DNA from: Candidatus Eiseniibacteriota bacterium
GTDB taxonomy: Bacteria; Eisenbacteria; RBG-16-71-46
Length of the DNA stretch: 64,000 nt
Direction of reading: 5' to 3'
Assembly: GCA_963717505.1 (NCBI GenBank)
Contig: OY970342.1
Location: 2,272,001-2,336,000 of the forward strand
Within the stretch, counting starts at the first letter, position 1. Every line of letters starts with the position of its first letter. The notes under the pieces were generated by a model. That model was not told the DNA's origin. It did no database searches and was given only the letters and a program-made list of their open reading frames with translations. Of the stretch, positions 20,553-29,444 are shown in pieces. The translations under genes were made by a program, and so were the position numbers.

Positions 20553-21437
20553 CTAGCTGCCGGACCCGCCGGACTTCTTCGGTTTGGCCGCCGCGGCTTC
20601 CTGCTCGCGGATGGTGCGCCGGTAGCGCGCCGGCGTGATCCGGGGCTCGATGCCGCGACCGTAGTCCTCGAGCCTGGCCTCGCCGAGCGAGCGTCCGCTC
20701 AGCACCTTGCCGGTGCCCTCGCGGGAGCGTCCGACCGCCCACATCTGCTTGTGCGTGGTCTGCTCGATCGCCTCGCGGACGATGCGGGTGATCGGAATCC
20801 GATCGTCGAGATAGATGGTCCGTGTCTCCAGCAGCTCGGTGCGCAGGGTGCTGTCGGGCTTCTCGGAGGTGACCGCGACGCCGTCGCGCATCACGACCTT
20901 GGTGCAGCGAAACTCGCCTTTGGGCACCGAAACCGTGTCGGTGCCGAGCGTGTCGTAGTCCCAGGTCAGGCGTTCCGAAGGCGCCTGGCGGCTCTTGAGC
21001 GAAAGCGGCGGCCGCTTGAGCAGGCTCTCGATCGGATTGCCCTGTTCATCCACGTCGTTGACGGTCTTGCGCATGTAGAGCTTCATGCGGGGGATCGCCG
21101 CGCTGTCGCTGAAGATCGTGTAGGACATCAGCGTCGAAACACCGTAGACCGCGCCGCCGTCGTTGGGCACGTTCCAGGTCTCGACCCAGAAGCAGTCCTC
21201 GCCCCAGAAACGCTGCTCGCCCCCGATCAGGACGGTCATGACGTAGTCGGACGTCTCGCCCTTGGTGTTCCCGCCGGTGACCCGATAGCGCACCCAGTCG
21301 CCGATCTTGAAGGTCGGCTTGGTCGTGTAGTCCACGAGGCCGATGCCGTTCACCGTGGTCTCCGCGGGAGCCACACGGGGCAGGGACAACGCGGCGAGGA
21401 CGGTCATCCACAGGGCGCTTCGACTGGCACGGTGCAT
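20553..21437 (-). CDS. Secreted hypothetical protein
   Basis: Signal peptide; beta-rich; DTVSVPKGEFRC resembles the TVPAGxF motif; genome-typical codon usage. Confidence 0.7.
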   Translation of the reverse strand: MHRASRSALWMTVLAALSLPRVAPAETTVNGIGLVDYTTKPTFKIGDWVRYRVTGGNTKGETSDYVMTVLIGGEQRFWGEDCFWVETWNVPNDGGAVYGVSTLMSYTIFSDSAAIPRMKLYMRKTVNDVDEQGNPIESLLKRPPLSLKSRQAPSERLTWDYDTLGTDTVSVPKGEFRCTKVVMRDGVAVTSEKPDSTLRTELLETRTIYLDDRIPITRIVREAIEQTTHKQMWAVGRSREGTGKVLSGRSLGEARLEDYGRGIEPRITPARYRRTIREQEAAAAKPKKSGGSGS

Positions 21438-21572
21438 GCGGAATCTCCGAGGAAGGATTTCGATCGCGACCGAGAGTACGCGCGGTCGCTCCGGGGCCGA
21501 GGATTATCCCGCAGGCGACGGCTGCCGCCAAGCCGAGCGTGGCGCGGATCGCGGGAAAGGGGAAGGCGCAAC

Positions 21573-22268
21573 GTGAACGACGTGACCACCTCCGGGGATC
21601 AGGCGCCGGCGGCCGGCCCGCGACTGCGAACCGCAGGCCCGCGCGAGAAGCTCGCCCAGCGCGGCGTCCGCGCCCTCTCCGAAGTCGAGTTGCTGGCCCT
21701 GATCCTGGGCTCCGGGATCCGCGGCCGAGGGGTGCTCGCCATGGCGCGGCCGCTCGCACGCCGCGGGGCCGAGGCCCTCTCGGGCTGGCCGCTGGCCCGC
21801 TGGCTAGGAGTCCCCGGGATCGGCCTGGCGCGCGCCGCCGCCCTGGTCGCAGCTTTCGAGCTGGGGCGCCGCGCCTGTCGTCCGCGGCTCGGCGGCGTGA
21901 CGATCCGCGGTCCCGAGGACGTGCTCGCCCAGGTGCGCGACCTGCCGCGCGCGCGTCGCGAGCATTTCGTCGTCCTGCTGCTCAACGCGCGCCACGAGAT
22001 CCAGTGCCGCGAAGTGGTGTCGATCGGCAGCCTGAACGCGTCGATCGTCCATCCGCGTGAAGTGTTCCTGCCGGCCATCCAGCAGTCGGCGGCCAGCATC
22101 GTGCTGGTGCACAACCATCCGAGCGGCGATCCGGAGCCGAGCGAAGAGGACCTGAGCATCACGCGCCGGCTGGTCCAGGTCGGCGAGCTGGTGGGTATCG
22201 AAGTGCTCGATCACGTCATCGTCGCGGCGCGCGGGCTGGTGAGCCTCAAGTCGCGCCGGCTGATGTAG
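21573..22268 (+). CDS. radC: RadC family JAB-domain protein
   Basis: PREKL...LSEVELLALIL, HhH GIG, VHPREVF, HNHPSGDPEPSEED, LDHVIV. Confidence 0.92.
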   Translation: MNDVTTSGDQAPAAGPRLRTAGPREKLAQRGVRALSEVELLALILGSGIRGRGVLAMARPLARRGAEALSGWPLARWLGVPGIGLARAAALVAAFELGRRACRPRLGGVTIRGPEDVLAQVRDLPRARREHFVVLLLNARHEIQCREVVSIGSLNASIVHPREVFLPAIQQSAASIVLVHNHPSGDPEPSEEDLSITRRLVQVGELVGIEVLDHVIVAARGLVSLKSRRLM

Positions 22269-22330
22269 CGTTCTGAGCGTCGCCCGCGACGCACGCCGGG
22301 CATCCGCAGGGCGGGTGCTATCGTCCGGGG

Positions 22331-22753
22331 ATGCCCGAAGGCTTTCGCACGTTCGATCACACCGGAGACCTCGGGCTCGAGGTCTGGGCTGACTCGCCGG
22401 AACGCCTTTTCGCGCTCGCCGCCGAGGCGCTGATGGCGCAGGTCGCGGTGTCGCGCTCGCCGGAGCCGCCCGAGATCGAGATCCGAGTCGAGCTCGAAGG
22501 CACGGATGCCGCGGACCTGCTGGTCCACTGGCTGAACACCGCGTTGCTCGAGGCCGAGGTGCGCCGGGCGCTGTGGACCCGAGCCCAAGTCGACTCACTT
22601 TCCGCAAACCGGATCGAGGCCAGGCTCGCCGGTCCCCGCCTCGACGCCGGCCATCAGGAATTCCTGCGCGAGATCAAGGCGGTGTCGCACCACTTCCTGT
22701 CGCTCGACCTCGAACCCCCGAATTGCCGGTGCCGAATCATCCTCGACCTATAA
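22331..22753 (+). CDS. Archease family protein
   Basis: FDHTGDLG, LLVHWLN, EIKAVSHH, C-terminal IILDL. Confidence 0.9.
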   Translation: MPEGFRTFDHTGDLGLEVWADSPERLFALAAEALMAQVAVSRSPEPPEIEIRVELEGTDAADLLVHWLNTALLEAEVRRALWTRAQVDSLSANRIEARLAGPRLDAGHQEFLREIKAVSHHFLSLDLEPPNCRCRIILDL

Positions 22754-22773
22754 GAAGAGGGGCCGTCCCTGGG

Positions 22774-22840
22774 CGGTTTCCCCCAAACCGATGAAACGTC
22801 GTTTCACGGCGTGAAACCGGGCCTCCAATCCGGTTAGAAT
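22774..22840 (+). promoter_or_regulatory. Cluster of palindromic operator-like sites overlapping a sigma70-type promoter
   Basis: CGGTTT-N5-AAACCG (22774-22790), TGAAAC-N3-GTTTCA (22792-22806), GTTTCAC-N3-GTGAAAC (22801-22817); TAGAAT at 22835-22840. Confidence 0.5.
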
Positions 22841-22910
22841 GGATGCGGCCATCGACTCCAGAAGCGCGTCGCCGCCCCGGCGCTTCCCACCCTTGAGGAG
22901 GTTTCCCGAG

Positions 22911-23636
22911 ATGATCCCCCGCCACTGGATCGCTCCTGCGATCCTGGTCCTGGGCGCCCTGTTGCCCGCTTCCGCCATGGCCGAGAGGCGGCTCTCTTCG
23001 GTCCCCCCCGGGGCCACGATCCATCGGGTCGGCGTTCCGTACACGATCGCCGCGGCCTGCACTCTCGGCAGCATGCGCACGCCCGACCTCCTGCTCGAAG
23101 TGTTCCCGGGCGACGACTTCTACTTCACGCGCCTCGATCGCTCGGTCTGCGCCCCGTGCACGACTGCGGTGCTGAGCACCGCGTACGTCACGATGGACTT
23201 TCCGGTGGCGTGCTCGATCCCGATCGACATCTATGTGTTCAAGTCCACGGGGGGTGCGTGTCCGGCGCCGGACGTCTACAGCCTCATCCCGACCATCTAC
23301 GGACCCTATCCGACCGAACTCTCCGCGTTCGACGTCGGCATCAACGAATTCGCGATCGCCCTGCCGCCGGCGTGGCAGATCAGCGAAGACGCGTTCCTCG
23401 CGATCTCGTTCCCGAGGGCGGCCAAGCACTGCTCGGCGCCGGGAGAGATCCCGCAGATCGCGCTCCATCCGTTCTGCCCCGGGTGTCGCTTCTACCAGGG
23501 CTTCGGCGGCGACGTCTACGACCTGTGCGCCTCGCCCAGCACCGGAAGTCCAATCATGAGTGTCGACGTCGAATCCTGCTCGACCACGCCGACACGCGCG
23601 AAATCGTGGGGTTCGGTCAAGGCCCGCTACCACTAG
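22911..23636 (+). CDS. Secreted Cys-rich hypothetical protein with C-terminal SWGxxKxxY motif
   Basis: GAGGAGG RBS, signal peptide, multiple Cys, ends TPTRAKSWGSVKARYH. Confidence 0.75.
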   Translation: MIPRHWIAPAILVLGALLPASAMAERRLSSVPPGATIHRVGVPYTIAAACTLGSMRTPDLLLEVFPGDDFYFTRLDRSVCAPCTTAVLSTAYVTMDFPVACSIPIDIYVFKSTGGACPAPDVYSLIPTIYGPYPTELSAFDVGINEFAIALPPAWQISEDAFLAISFPRAAKHCSAPGEIPQIALHPFCPGCRFYQGFGGDVYDLCASPSTGSPIMSVDVESCSTTPTRAKSWGSVKARYH

Positions 23637-23847
23637 CGCGTCCAGGCGTTTCCGATTCGGTCCCGGCGCTTTGCGTGTCGGGGCCGTTCTGTTCCACTGC
23701 GGCTGCTGCCACCGGTAGGCACGTGCTGCCAGCCTGGCAGCCGCGGAGGGCACGAAGTGGAGTCGCGGGAGACCATGACGCTGAGGGGTTGTCGCCAATC
23801 GACGGGCTGGCACTGGGTTCGAGGCGGCGGCACACGGTGGCCCCGGC

Positions 23848-23863
23848 TGGCACGAGCGATGCA
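23848..23863 (+). promoter_or_regulatory. Putative sigma54 (-24/-12) promoter of hsp20
   Basis: TGGCACGAGCGATGCA vs consensus TGGCACG-N4-TTGCW with correct GG/GC spacing. Confidence 0.6.
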
Positions 23864-23966
23864 GTTGAACTTCCTGTGGCCGGGGTTTCTCGACCGGCCG
23901 GACGTCCCCGAGAGCCGGCGCCGCGGGGACGCCGATTGAAGCGTCAGCGCCGGTCGGAGGCGAGTC

Positions 23967-24407
23967 ATGAAAGAGCTCATTCCCACCCCCAACCTGGCGT
24001 CTTTCCGCAAGGAAGTGGACCGCTTCCTGGACCGGATTCGCGAGGGCGACGCGTTCGACCTGCTGTCCACCTCGGACTGGATTCCCAACATGGACTTCTG
24101 GGAGAAGGCAGACGCCTTCACCGTGAAACTCGAAGTCCCCGGGATCGAGCCGAAGGACATCGAGGTCCAGTTCCAGAATGGCCTGCTCACCGTTCGCGGG
24201 CAGAAGGCCAAGGTCGAGACCGAGGAAAAGGATGCCCGGTTCTATCGTTCCGAGCGGTCCTACGGCTCCTTCGTCCGCAACCTGCGGATGCCGGCCGGGG
24301 TCGACGAGAAGCTGATCGGCGCCACGTTCAAGAACGGTGTGCTGACGATCATGCTGCCGAAGACCGTGGAAGCGCGCGCGCAGACGATTCCGATCAAGAC
24401 CGCGTAG
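23967..24407 (+). CDS. Hsp20/alpha-crystallin small heat shock protein
   Basis: LEVPGIEPKDIEV, RSERSYGSFVR, ATFKNGVLTIMLPK; GGAGG RBS. Confidence 0.95.
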   Translation: MKELIPTPNLASFRKEVDRFLDRIREGDAFDLLSTSDWIPNMDFWEKADAFTVKLEVPGIEPKDIEVQFQNGLLTVRGQKAKVETEEKDARFYRSERSYGSFVRNLRMPAGVDEKLIGATFKNGVLTIMLPKTVEARAQTIPIKTA

Positions 24408-24409
24408 CG

Positions 24410-25243
24410 TTGTCCTTCAGACCAGGTTGGCGACGGCCGGCCGAGTTCCTCGGCCGGCTGTCGGTCTGCTTCGCGCTGGCGGTGGCGAACGGGGTCGGGA
24501 AACCGGCAGTACTCACGGCGGCCGGCGCGAATGATTCGGCGCCCACGTACCACGCCGAGCGCGTGCGTGGCCCGGGGACCGTTGCCGCGCTGCGGGCCCG
24601 ACTCGGCGCCGAGGCATACGCCGAGGTCCTGCGGTTGAACCGTGTGGACGCCGACCGCGCGCCCGACCTCGACACGCTGATCGTTCCGAACCGCCACCGC
24701 GACTTTCGCGCCCGGTCTCCCTACCCGGAGCGCATCCCCGCCTTCGACTCGGTCTCCAAGCAGCTGCTGATTTCGCTACGCGTTCAGGCGTTCGCCACCT
24801 ACGATTCCGGGCGCCTGGTGCGCTGGGGCCCGATCAGCAGCGGCGGAGCCACGGCGCCGACGGTGTCGGGCCTCTTCCACGTGAACTGGAAACTGCCCGA
24901 GCACCGCAGCACCATCGACTCGACCTGGCTCATACGCTGGTGCGTCAACATCGACAACCAGGTGGGCACCGCGATCCACCAGTACGCGCTGCCCGGTCGT
25001 CCGGCCAGCCACTGCTGCATCCGCTTGCTCGAGGATGACGCCGTTTGGGTCTACGACTGGGTCGAGACCTGGCGCGTGTCCGACGACGGCCGCGAACTGC
25101 TCGCGCGTGGTACGCCGGTGCGCATCTTCGGCGTCTATGCCTTCGACGCCCGACCTCCCTGGCGACGCCTGTCCGTGGATCCCGAGGCGGATCAGGTGGG
25201 TGCGAGCGAGCTGGAGGAGCTGATCGCCGAAGATGCGCCCTGA
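24410..25243 (+). CDS. L,D-transpeptidase (YkuD family); start uncertain
   Basis: WGPISSG...PT..GLF; HQYALPGRPASHCCIRL catalytic motif. Confidence 0.8.
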   Translation: MSFRPGWRRPAEFLGRLSVCFALAVANGVGKPAVLTAAGANDSAPTYHAERVRGPGTVAALRARLGAEAYAEVLRLNRVDADRAPDLDTLIVPNRHRDFRARSPYPERIPAFDSVSKQLLISLRVQAFATYDSGRLVRWGPISSGGATAPTVSGLFHVNWKLPEHRSTIDSTWLIRWCVNIDNQVGTAIHQYALPGRPASHCCIRLLEDDAVWVYDWVETWRVSDDGRELLARGTPVRIFGVYAFDARPPWRRLSVDPEADQVGASELEELIAEDAP

Positions 25244-25261
25244 CATCGGCGAGGGGCTGCT

Positions 25262-26434
25262 TTAGCGCGTGCTCGCCCCGGCCGCCGGTGCCGCGACCTC
25301 TGCCCCGGCTGCGGATTCGCGGGCGCGCCGGCGCTCGGCGGCGCTCAGGAACGCCACCGAGACCAGGATCAGCAACAGCGAAACCCAGTCCGGCAGGCTC
25401 GGAGGCCGGCTGCCGAACCCCCACCACAGCAGCAGCGTCGCCGCGGTTCCCGCAATCAGGGACGTGAGCCGGTTGACCAGCCCGGTGAACGTCGCCGTTC
25501 GCCCATGGAACATGAACAGGAATACCGAGAAGAAGGCGACGATGCCGAATGGGATGCCCGACAGGACTGCGATCAAATCCGGTGCCAGCAGCGTGGCGCG
25601 CGCCTCGGCGACGCTCGGGTCGGTCCAGCCGAGGCGCGGGGCCATCAGCAGCAGCAGCGCCACGAGCCCGAGGGTTGCGCTGGCCGCGATCTGCTCGATC
25701 GCGAAGTACCCGTGGTTGTCCTGGCGGACGCCGGCCGCCCGCGTGTTCTTGAAGTAGTTCATGATGTACAGGCGAATCGAGTACGCGACCACGTAGATCG
25801 CGAGGATGGTGAGGGCCGGCGCCGAGCGCAGGAAGTCGAAGCCTCCCGCCAGAGCCGCCGCAGGGATGCCGAGGCTGGCCTCGAGGTCGACGCCTCGTTC
25901 GGCCAGCAGGTCGGCGATCGGCACCAGCAGGACGTGGGTGCCGATCGCGAGCAGCGCGAACAACACCGCCCAGTTCTCCTCGGGAGCGACGCGCCGGCGC
26001 AGGATGCCCTGCCGGATCTGGATCGCGTCCACCACGCGGCTGATGACGATGACGCTGCCGCGCATGATCACCATCGCGACCATGACCGAGATCGGCAGGG
26101 TGTACATGAGCGTGGTGGTCGGGATGATGGCCGCGGTGCAGACGCCGGAGGGCACGATGTACAGCGCCTCGACCGGGAACCGGACCCCGCCCCACGACAC
26201 GGTGCGGTTGGTCTCGAGGCGCACCCAGCCGAGGACGATCACCACCAGCAGGCAGAGCAGCGTGCCGCCCAGTGTGTTGTTCACCAGGTAGGAGACATCG
26301 GAAAGCGGGGGCACCCGGATGCCGCCAGTGAAGTACTTGGCCGCGATCCCGGTCAGGACATAGGCCGAGAAGTAGCCGGCGCAGAGCTGGAGCAGCCGGG
26401 CCGTGCTGTCCGGCGCGCTCCGCCAGAAGCTCAT
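25262..26434 (-). CDS. Uncharacterised multi-pass inner membrane protein (possible transporter)
   Basis: About 9-10 hydrophobic segments; ATGA-coupled to the upstream 5'-nucleotidase gene. Confidence 0.7.
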   Translation of the reverse strand: MSFWRSAPDSTARLLQLCAGYFSAYVLTGIAAKYFTGGIRVPPLSDVSYLVNNTLGGTLLCLLVVIVLGWVRLETNRTVSWGGVRFPVEALYIVPSGVCTAAIIPTTTLMYTLPISVMVAMVIMRGSVIVISRVVDAIQIRQGILRRRVAPEENWAVLFALLAIGTHVLLVPIADLLAERGVDLEASLGIPAAALAGGFDFLRSAPALTILAIYVVAYSIRLYIMNYFKNTRAAGVRQDNHGYFAIEQIAASATLGLVALLLLMAPRLGWTDPSVAEARATLLAPDLIAVLSGIPFGIVAFFSVFLFMFHGRTATFTGLVNRLTSLIAGTAATLLLWWGFGSRPPSLPDWVSLLLILVSVAFLSAAERRRARESAAGAEVAAPAAGASTR

Positions 26435-28098
26435 GGACGGCCGGTCTGCACCCAGCGCCCGTCGTTCGCTGGCTTCAGTTCCTTCACTCTGCGGATGTAG
26501 CGACTCACCACCTCGCGATCGGTGGTGCCCGCCGGGTAGAACGCCTCGTTGGGCAGAGCGGTCAGGCGCCCGAACCCGCTGTTTCCCTCGGCGAGGTAGT
26601 CGGTGAGCGCCATGGTGTAGGTGCGCGTCGTGTCGAGCGGGCTGCCGCCGACCTCGAAGCTCACGATCCGCGAGCCCTCGGGCCGCGACAGATCGAAGCG
26701 CACCTTCATTCCGGAGACGAAGATGCCGCCGCCGCGGCCGCGCAGCTTGTCCTCGATCAGGTCGCGCAGCATCACTCCCGGGACCGTGGCCAGCACCATC
26801 TGGTTGTTGAACGGCATGACCTCGAGCAGGTCACGCTCGGTGATCGGCCCAGCCTGGATCGCGCGGCGGATGCCGCCGGTGTTCTGCACCGCGAGGTCGG
26901 CGTTCAGCTCTTCGCGAAAGGCGTCGGCGACCACGAAGCCCAGGAGCCCGCTCTCGGGCGAGACACCCTCGAGCAGGACACCGGCCCTGCCGACCTCGAC
27001 CTCGAGCCCGGCTTCGGCGATCGCGACCTGACCGCCGAGGATCGCCGCCTCGGCCGAATCGGGCCACACTTCCTCCTCGAGCGTGGTGAGCAGGGCGCCG
27101 CGATCGAAGTGAGTCTCGTAGCCGACCAGGCTGCGGGTCGGGCGGTCGACGAGCAGGGTCACGTGTCCGAGGCTCGAGCCGTTGGCGTAGGGCTCGAACA
27201 CCAGAGTGTGCGTGCGCGGGTCCTGCCACGGGCGGTCGTAGCCCTGGTGGGTGTGCCCGCCGAAGATCACGTCGACGCCGTGGGCCAGGCGCGCCAGCTC
27301 CATCGCGTCGTTGCCGAAGTGGCGCAGCTCGCCACGCGATTCGCGCTCGACCATCCGCTGGTACTCGGCGTCGATGTTCTGCCGATAGGGCAGGCCGTGG
27401 TGGAACAGGACGAAGACCAGGTCGGCCCCGGCCTCGCGCACGCGCCGGACGTCGTCGTCGATCTGGTCGGCGACCGGCCGAAACTCGAGCCCGGCGACGT
27501 TGCGCTCGAACGACATGTGGATGGTGGACTCCGTGATGTAGCCGAGGATCCCGATCTTCAGGTCCTCGATCTCGACCATCAGATGGTCGCGCACCCAGGG
27601 CACGCGCGCGCCGGTGGACTTCTCGTACAGGTTGGCGCACAGGACCGGAAACTCCGCCATGCGGCCGAGACGTTCGGTGTTTTCGCGCCCGAGGTCGAAG
27701 TCATGGTTGCCGAGGGTCGCGGCGTCGTAGCGCATCCGGTTCATCCACTCGATGATCGCAGCACCCCGGGTGTGGGCCCCGAGCGGGGTGCCCTGGAACA
27801 TGTCGCCGCAATCGAAGAGCAGGACCCGCCGGCCGTCGACGGCGGCCTGGGATCGAACCGTGTCCAGATAGGTCGCCACCGAGGCGCCGCCGCCGAGAGG
27901 CGGCGGGAACTCCGGGTTCATGAACGTCGCCCGGCCGCGGTCGATGTGTCCATGAACGTCGCTGGTGAACAGCACGTCGAGGCGCAACGTGCGCGGGTCG
28001 CGAGCTTCGGCGGCGACGGCCGGTGCCGCCGCCAGGGCCGCGAGCCAGGTCAGGAGCAGCATCGCCCGCCGCGTGCGGGTCGAAGGAACGTGTCTCAT
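26431..28098 (-). CDS. Secreted 5'-nucleotidase / calcineurin-like metallophosphoesterase
   Basis: Signal peptide; FTSDVHG, DCGDMFQG, LGNHDFD, GGHTH; C-terminal NTGGIR...PFNN 5'-nucleotidase domain; ATGA overlap fixes start at 28098. Confidence 0.92.
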   Translation of the reverse strand: MRHVPSTRTRRAMLLLTWLAALAAAPAVAAEARDPRTLRLDVLFTSDVHGHIDRGRATFMNPEFPPPLGGGASVATYLDTVRSQAAVDGRRVLLFDCGDMFQGTPLGAHTRGAAIIEWMNRMRYDAATLGNHDFDLGRENTERLGRMAEFPVLCANLYEKSTGARVPWVRDHLMVEIEDLKIGILGYITESTIHMSFERNVAGLEFRPVADQIDDDVRRVREAGADLVFVLFHHGLPYRQNIDAEYQRMVERESRGELRHFGNDAMELARLAHGVDVIFGGHTHQGYDRPWQDPRTHTLVFEPYANGSSLGHVTLLVDRPTRSLVGYETHFDRGALLTTLEEEVWPDSAEAAILGGQVAIAEAGLEVEVGRAGVLLEGVSPESGLLGFVVADAFREELNADLAVQNTGGIRRAIQAGPITERDLLEVMPFNNQMVLATVPGVMLRDLIEDKLRGRGGGIFVSGMKVRFDLSRPEGSRIVSFEVGGSPLDTTRTYTMALTDYLAEGNSGFGRLTALPNEAFYPAGTTDREVVSRYIRRVKELKPANDGRWVQTGRP

Positions 28099-29441
28099 GG
28101 CGTGCCTCCTGCGCACGATTCGCCGCCGTGCGCGGCGGGGGCGCCCGGTACGTGGACGCTGGCCGATTCGACCACCTCGACCTGGAAGCTCACGCCGTCG
28201 GTGACGACGGTGATGTTCAGGCCGCTGTCGCCGCTCAACGCGACGCCCAGGGGCTCGGCGCGATCCGAGGCGAACACGTGAATACTGCGCTCGTGCATGC
28301 GACCGAGCACCGCCGTGGTCGGCAGCGTGCCCGAGAACGACTCGTAGCTCGTGATCGGGATCAGGCCGACGCGCGGGTTGACCTCGTCCAGGTAGGCGGC
28401 GCTGCTCGCGTCGTTGACCCCGTGGTGGTGGATCTTGAGCACCTCGCTGTCGAGCGGTTGGCCGCTCTGGAGGATGGCGTTCTCCGCCGGGCCCTCAGCA
28501 TCGCCGCCGAGCACCACCTCGACGTCTCCGAATCCGACGCGGAGCACGACCGAGTCGTTGTTGAGCCAGTCGTCGTCGTCGGCCCCACCCAGGGCCTGGC
28601 CGCCACCGGCGTTGAGCGTGTGCACGCGCACGTCCGGGTCCCAGGCCAGGGCGGGGTTCGACGCGTCGTTGTCGCCCGGCAGCAGGGTACGGCGGGGAAT
28701 GCCGCGGCTCGTGAGCAGGGCCAGGAGCTCGTCGTAGGCGCTGCGGGAGGCCGACGGCGCCGGTCCTTCGAGGAAGGCGTCGACGGTGTAGGCGCCGAGC
28801 ACGCCGTCCAACGGAGTCGAGGCGTCGCCGATCATGCCGCCGATGTGGTCGGCGTGGATGTGGGTCGCGATCACCGCGTCGAGCCGGGTGATCGCGGCGT
28901 CGCTCAGGTAGCGGTTGACGTTGACCCAGTCCCGCCGCTCGCCGGCGTCGATCAGGACCCGGCGGCCGGTGCCCGGCATGGTCAGCAGGTGCGAATCGCC
29001 GAAGCCGACGTCGATCATGGTCCAGCGCAGCGTGGGTCGCTGGTTGGTGGCGTTGGTGAACGTGAACGAGTACTCGGCGCTGACCGCCATCCCGCCGCCG
29101 GACGGCTCGTCGATCAGCTGCAGGTGCACGGTCTCGCCGGCGCCGATCCCGAGCAGCGGGACCCGATGCTGGGTCACGAGTTGGCGATCGGCGCGTTGGG
29201 CCGCCGCCGGATAGGCGACCGCCGAATATTGCGATGGCGCGCGTCCGAAGCGGACCCAGCCGCGGGTCGGCACGGTGGTGGTCCACACGATGGAGTCACC
29301 ATCGAGCGCGACGCCGCTGGTCAAAGGCGGCGCGATCGGCGAGGGCGACTGGCATCCCGCGAGGAGGATCAGGATCCACAGCCAGAGGAGCCCCGTGAGT
29401 CCGAAACCGCGCGCTGCGCTGGGATGCGTCATCGTGTCCAC
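28095..29441 (-). CDS. ComEC/Rec2-type metallo-beta-lactamase-fold hydrolase lipoprotein (putative nuclease) with N-terminal FN3-like domain
   Basis: Lipobox LLAGC; IDVGFGDS, LIDAG, THIHADHIGG, NNDSVVL, GDAE, KIHHHG; no ComEC membrane channel domain. Confidence 0.85.
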   Translation of the reverse strand: MDTMTHPSAARGFGLTGLLWLWILILLAGCQSPSPIAPPLTSGVALDGDSIVWTTTVPTRGWVRFGRAPSQYSAVAYPAAAQRADRQLVTQHRVPLLGIGAGETVHLQLIDEPSGGGMAVSAEYSFTFTNATNQRPTLRWTMIDVGFGDSHLLTMPGTGRRVLIDAGERRDWVNVNRYLSDAAITRLDAVIATHIHADHIGGMIGDASTPLDGVLGAYTVDAFLEGPAPSASRSAYDELLALLTSRGIPRRTLLPGDNDASNPALAWDPDVRVHTLNAGGGQALGGADDDDWLNNDSVVLRVGFGDVEVVLGGDAEGPAENAILQSGQPLDSEVLKIHHHGVNDASSAAYLDEVNPRVGLIPITSYESFSGTLPTTAVLGRMHERSIHVFASDRAEPLGVALSGDSGLNITVVTDGVSFQVEVVESASVHVPGAPAAHGGESCAGGTP

Positions 29442-29444
29442 CCG

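Noticed and set aside
21573-22268. radC as a marker of an ICE or prophage
   Set aside because: Full-length chromosomal type with no integrase, att site or cargo nearby.
23156-24409. Long N-terminal extension of the L,D-transpeptidase ORF (695 aa)
   Set aside because: Overlaps two real genes in other frames; only the part after ~24410 is protein-like.
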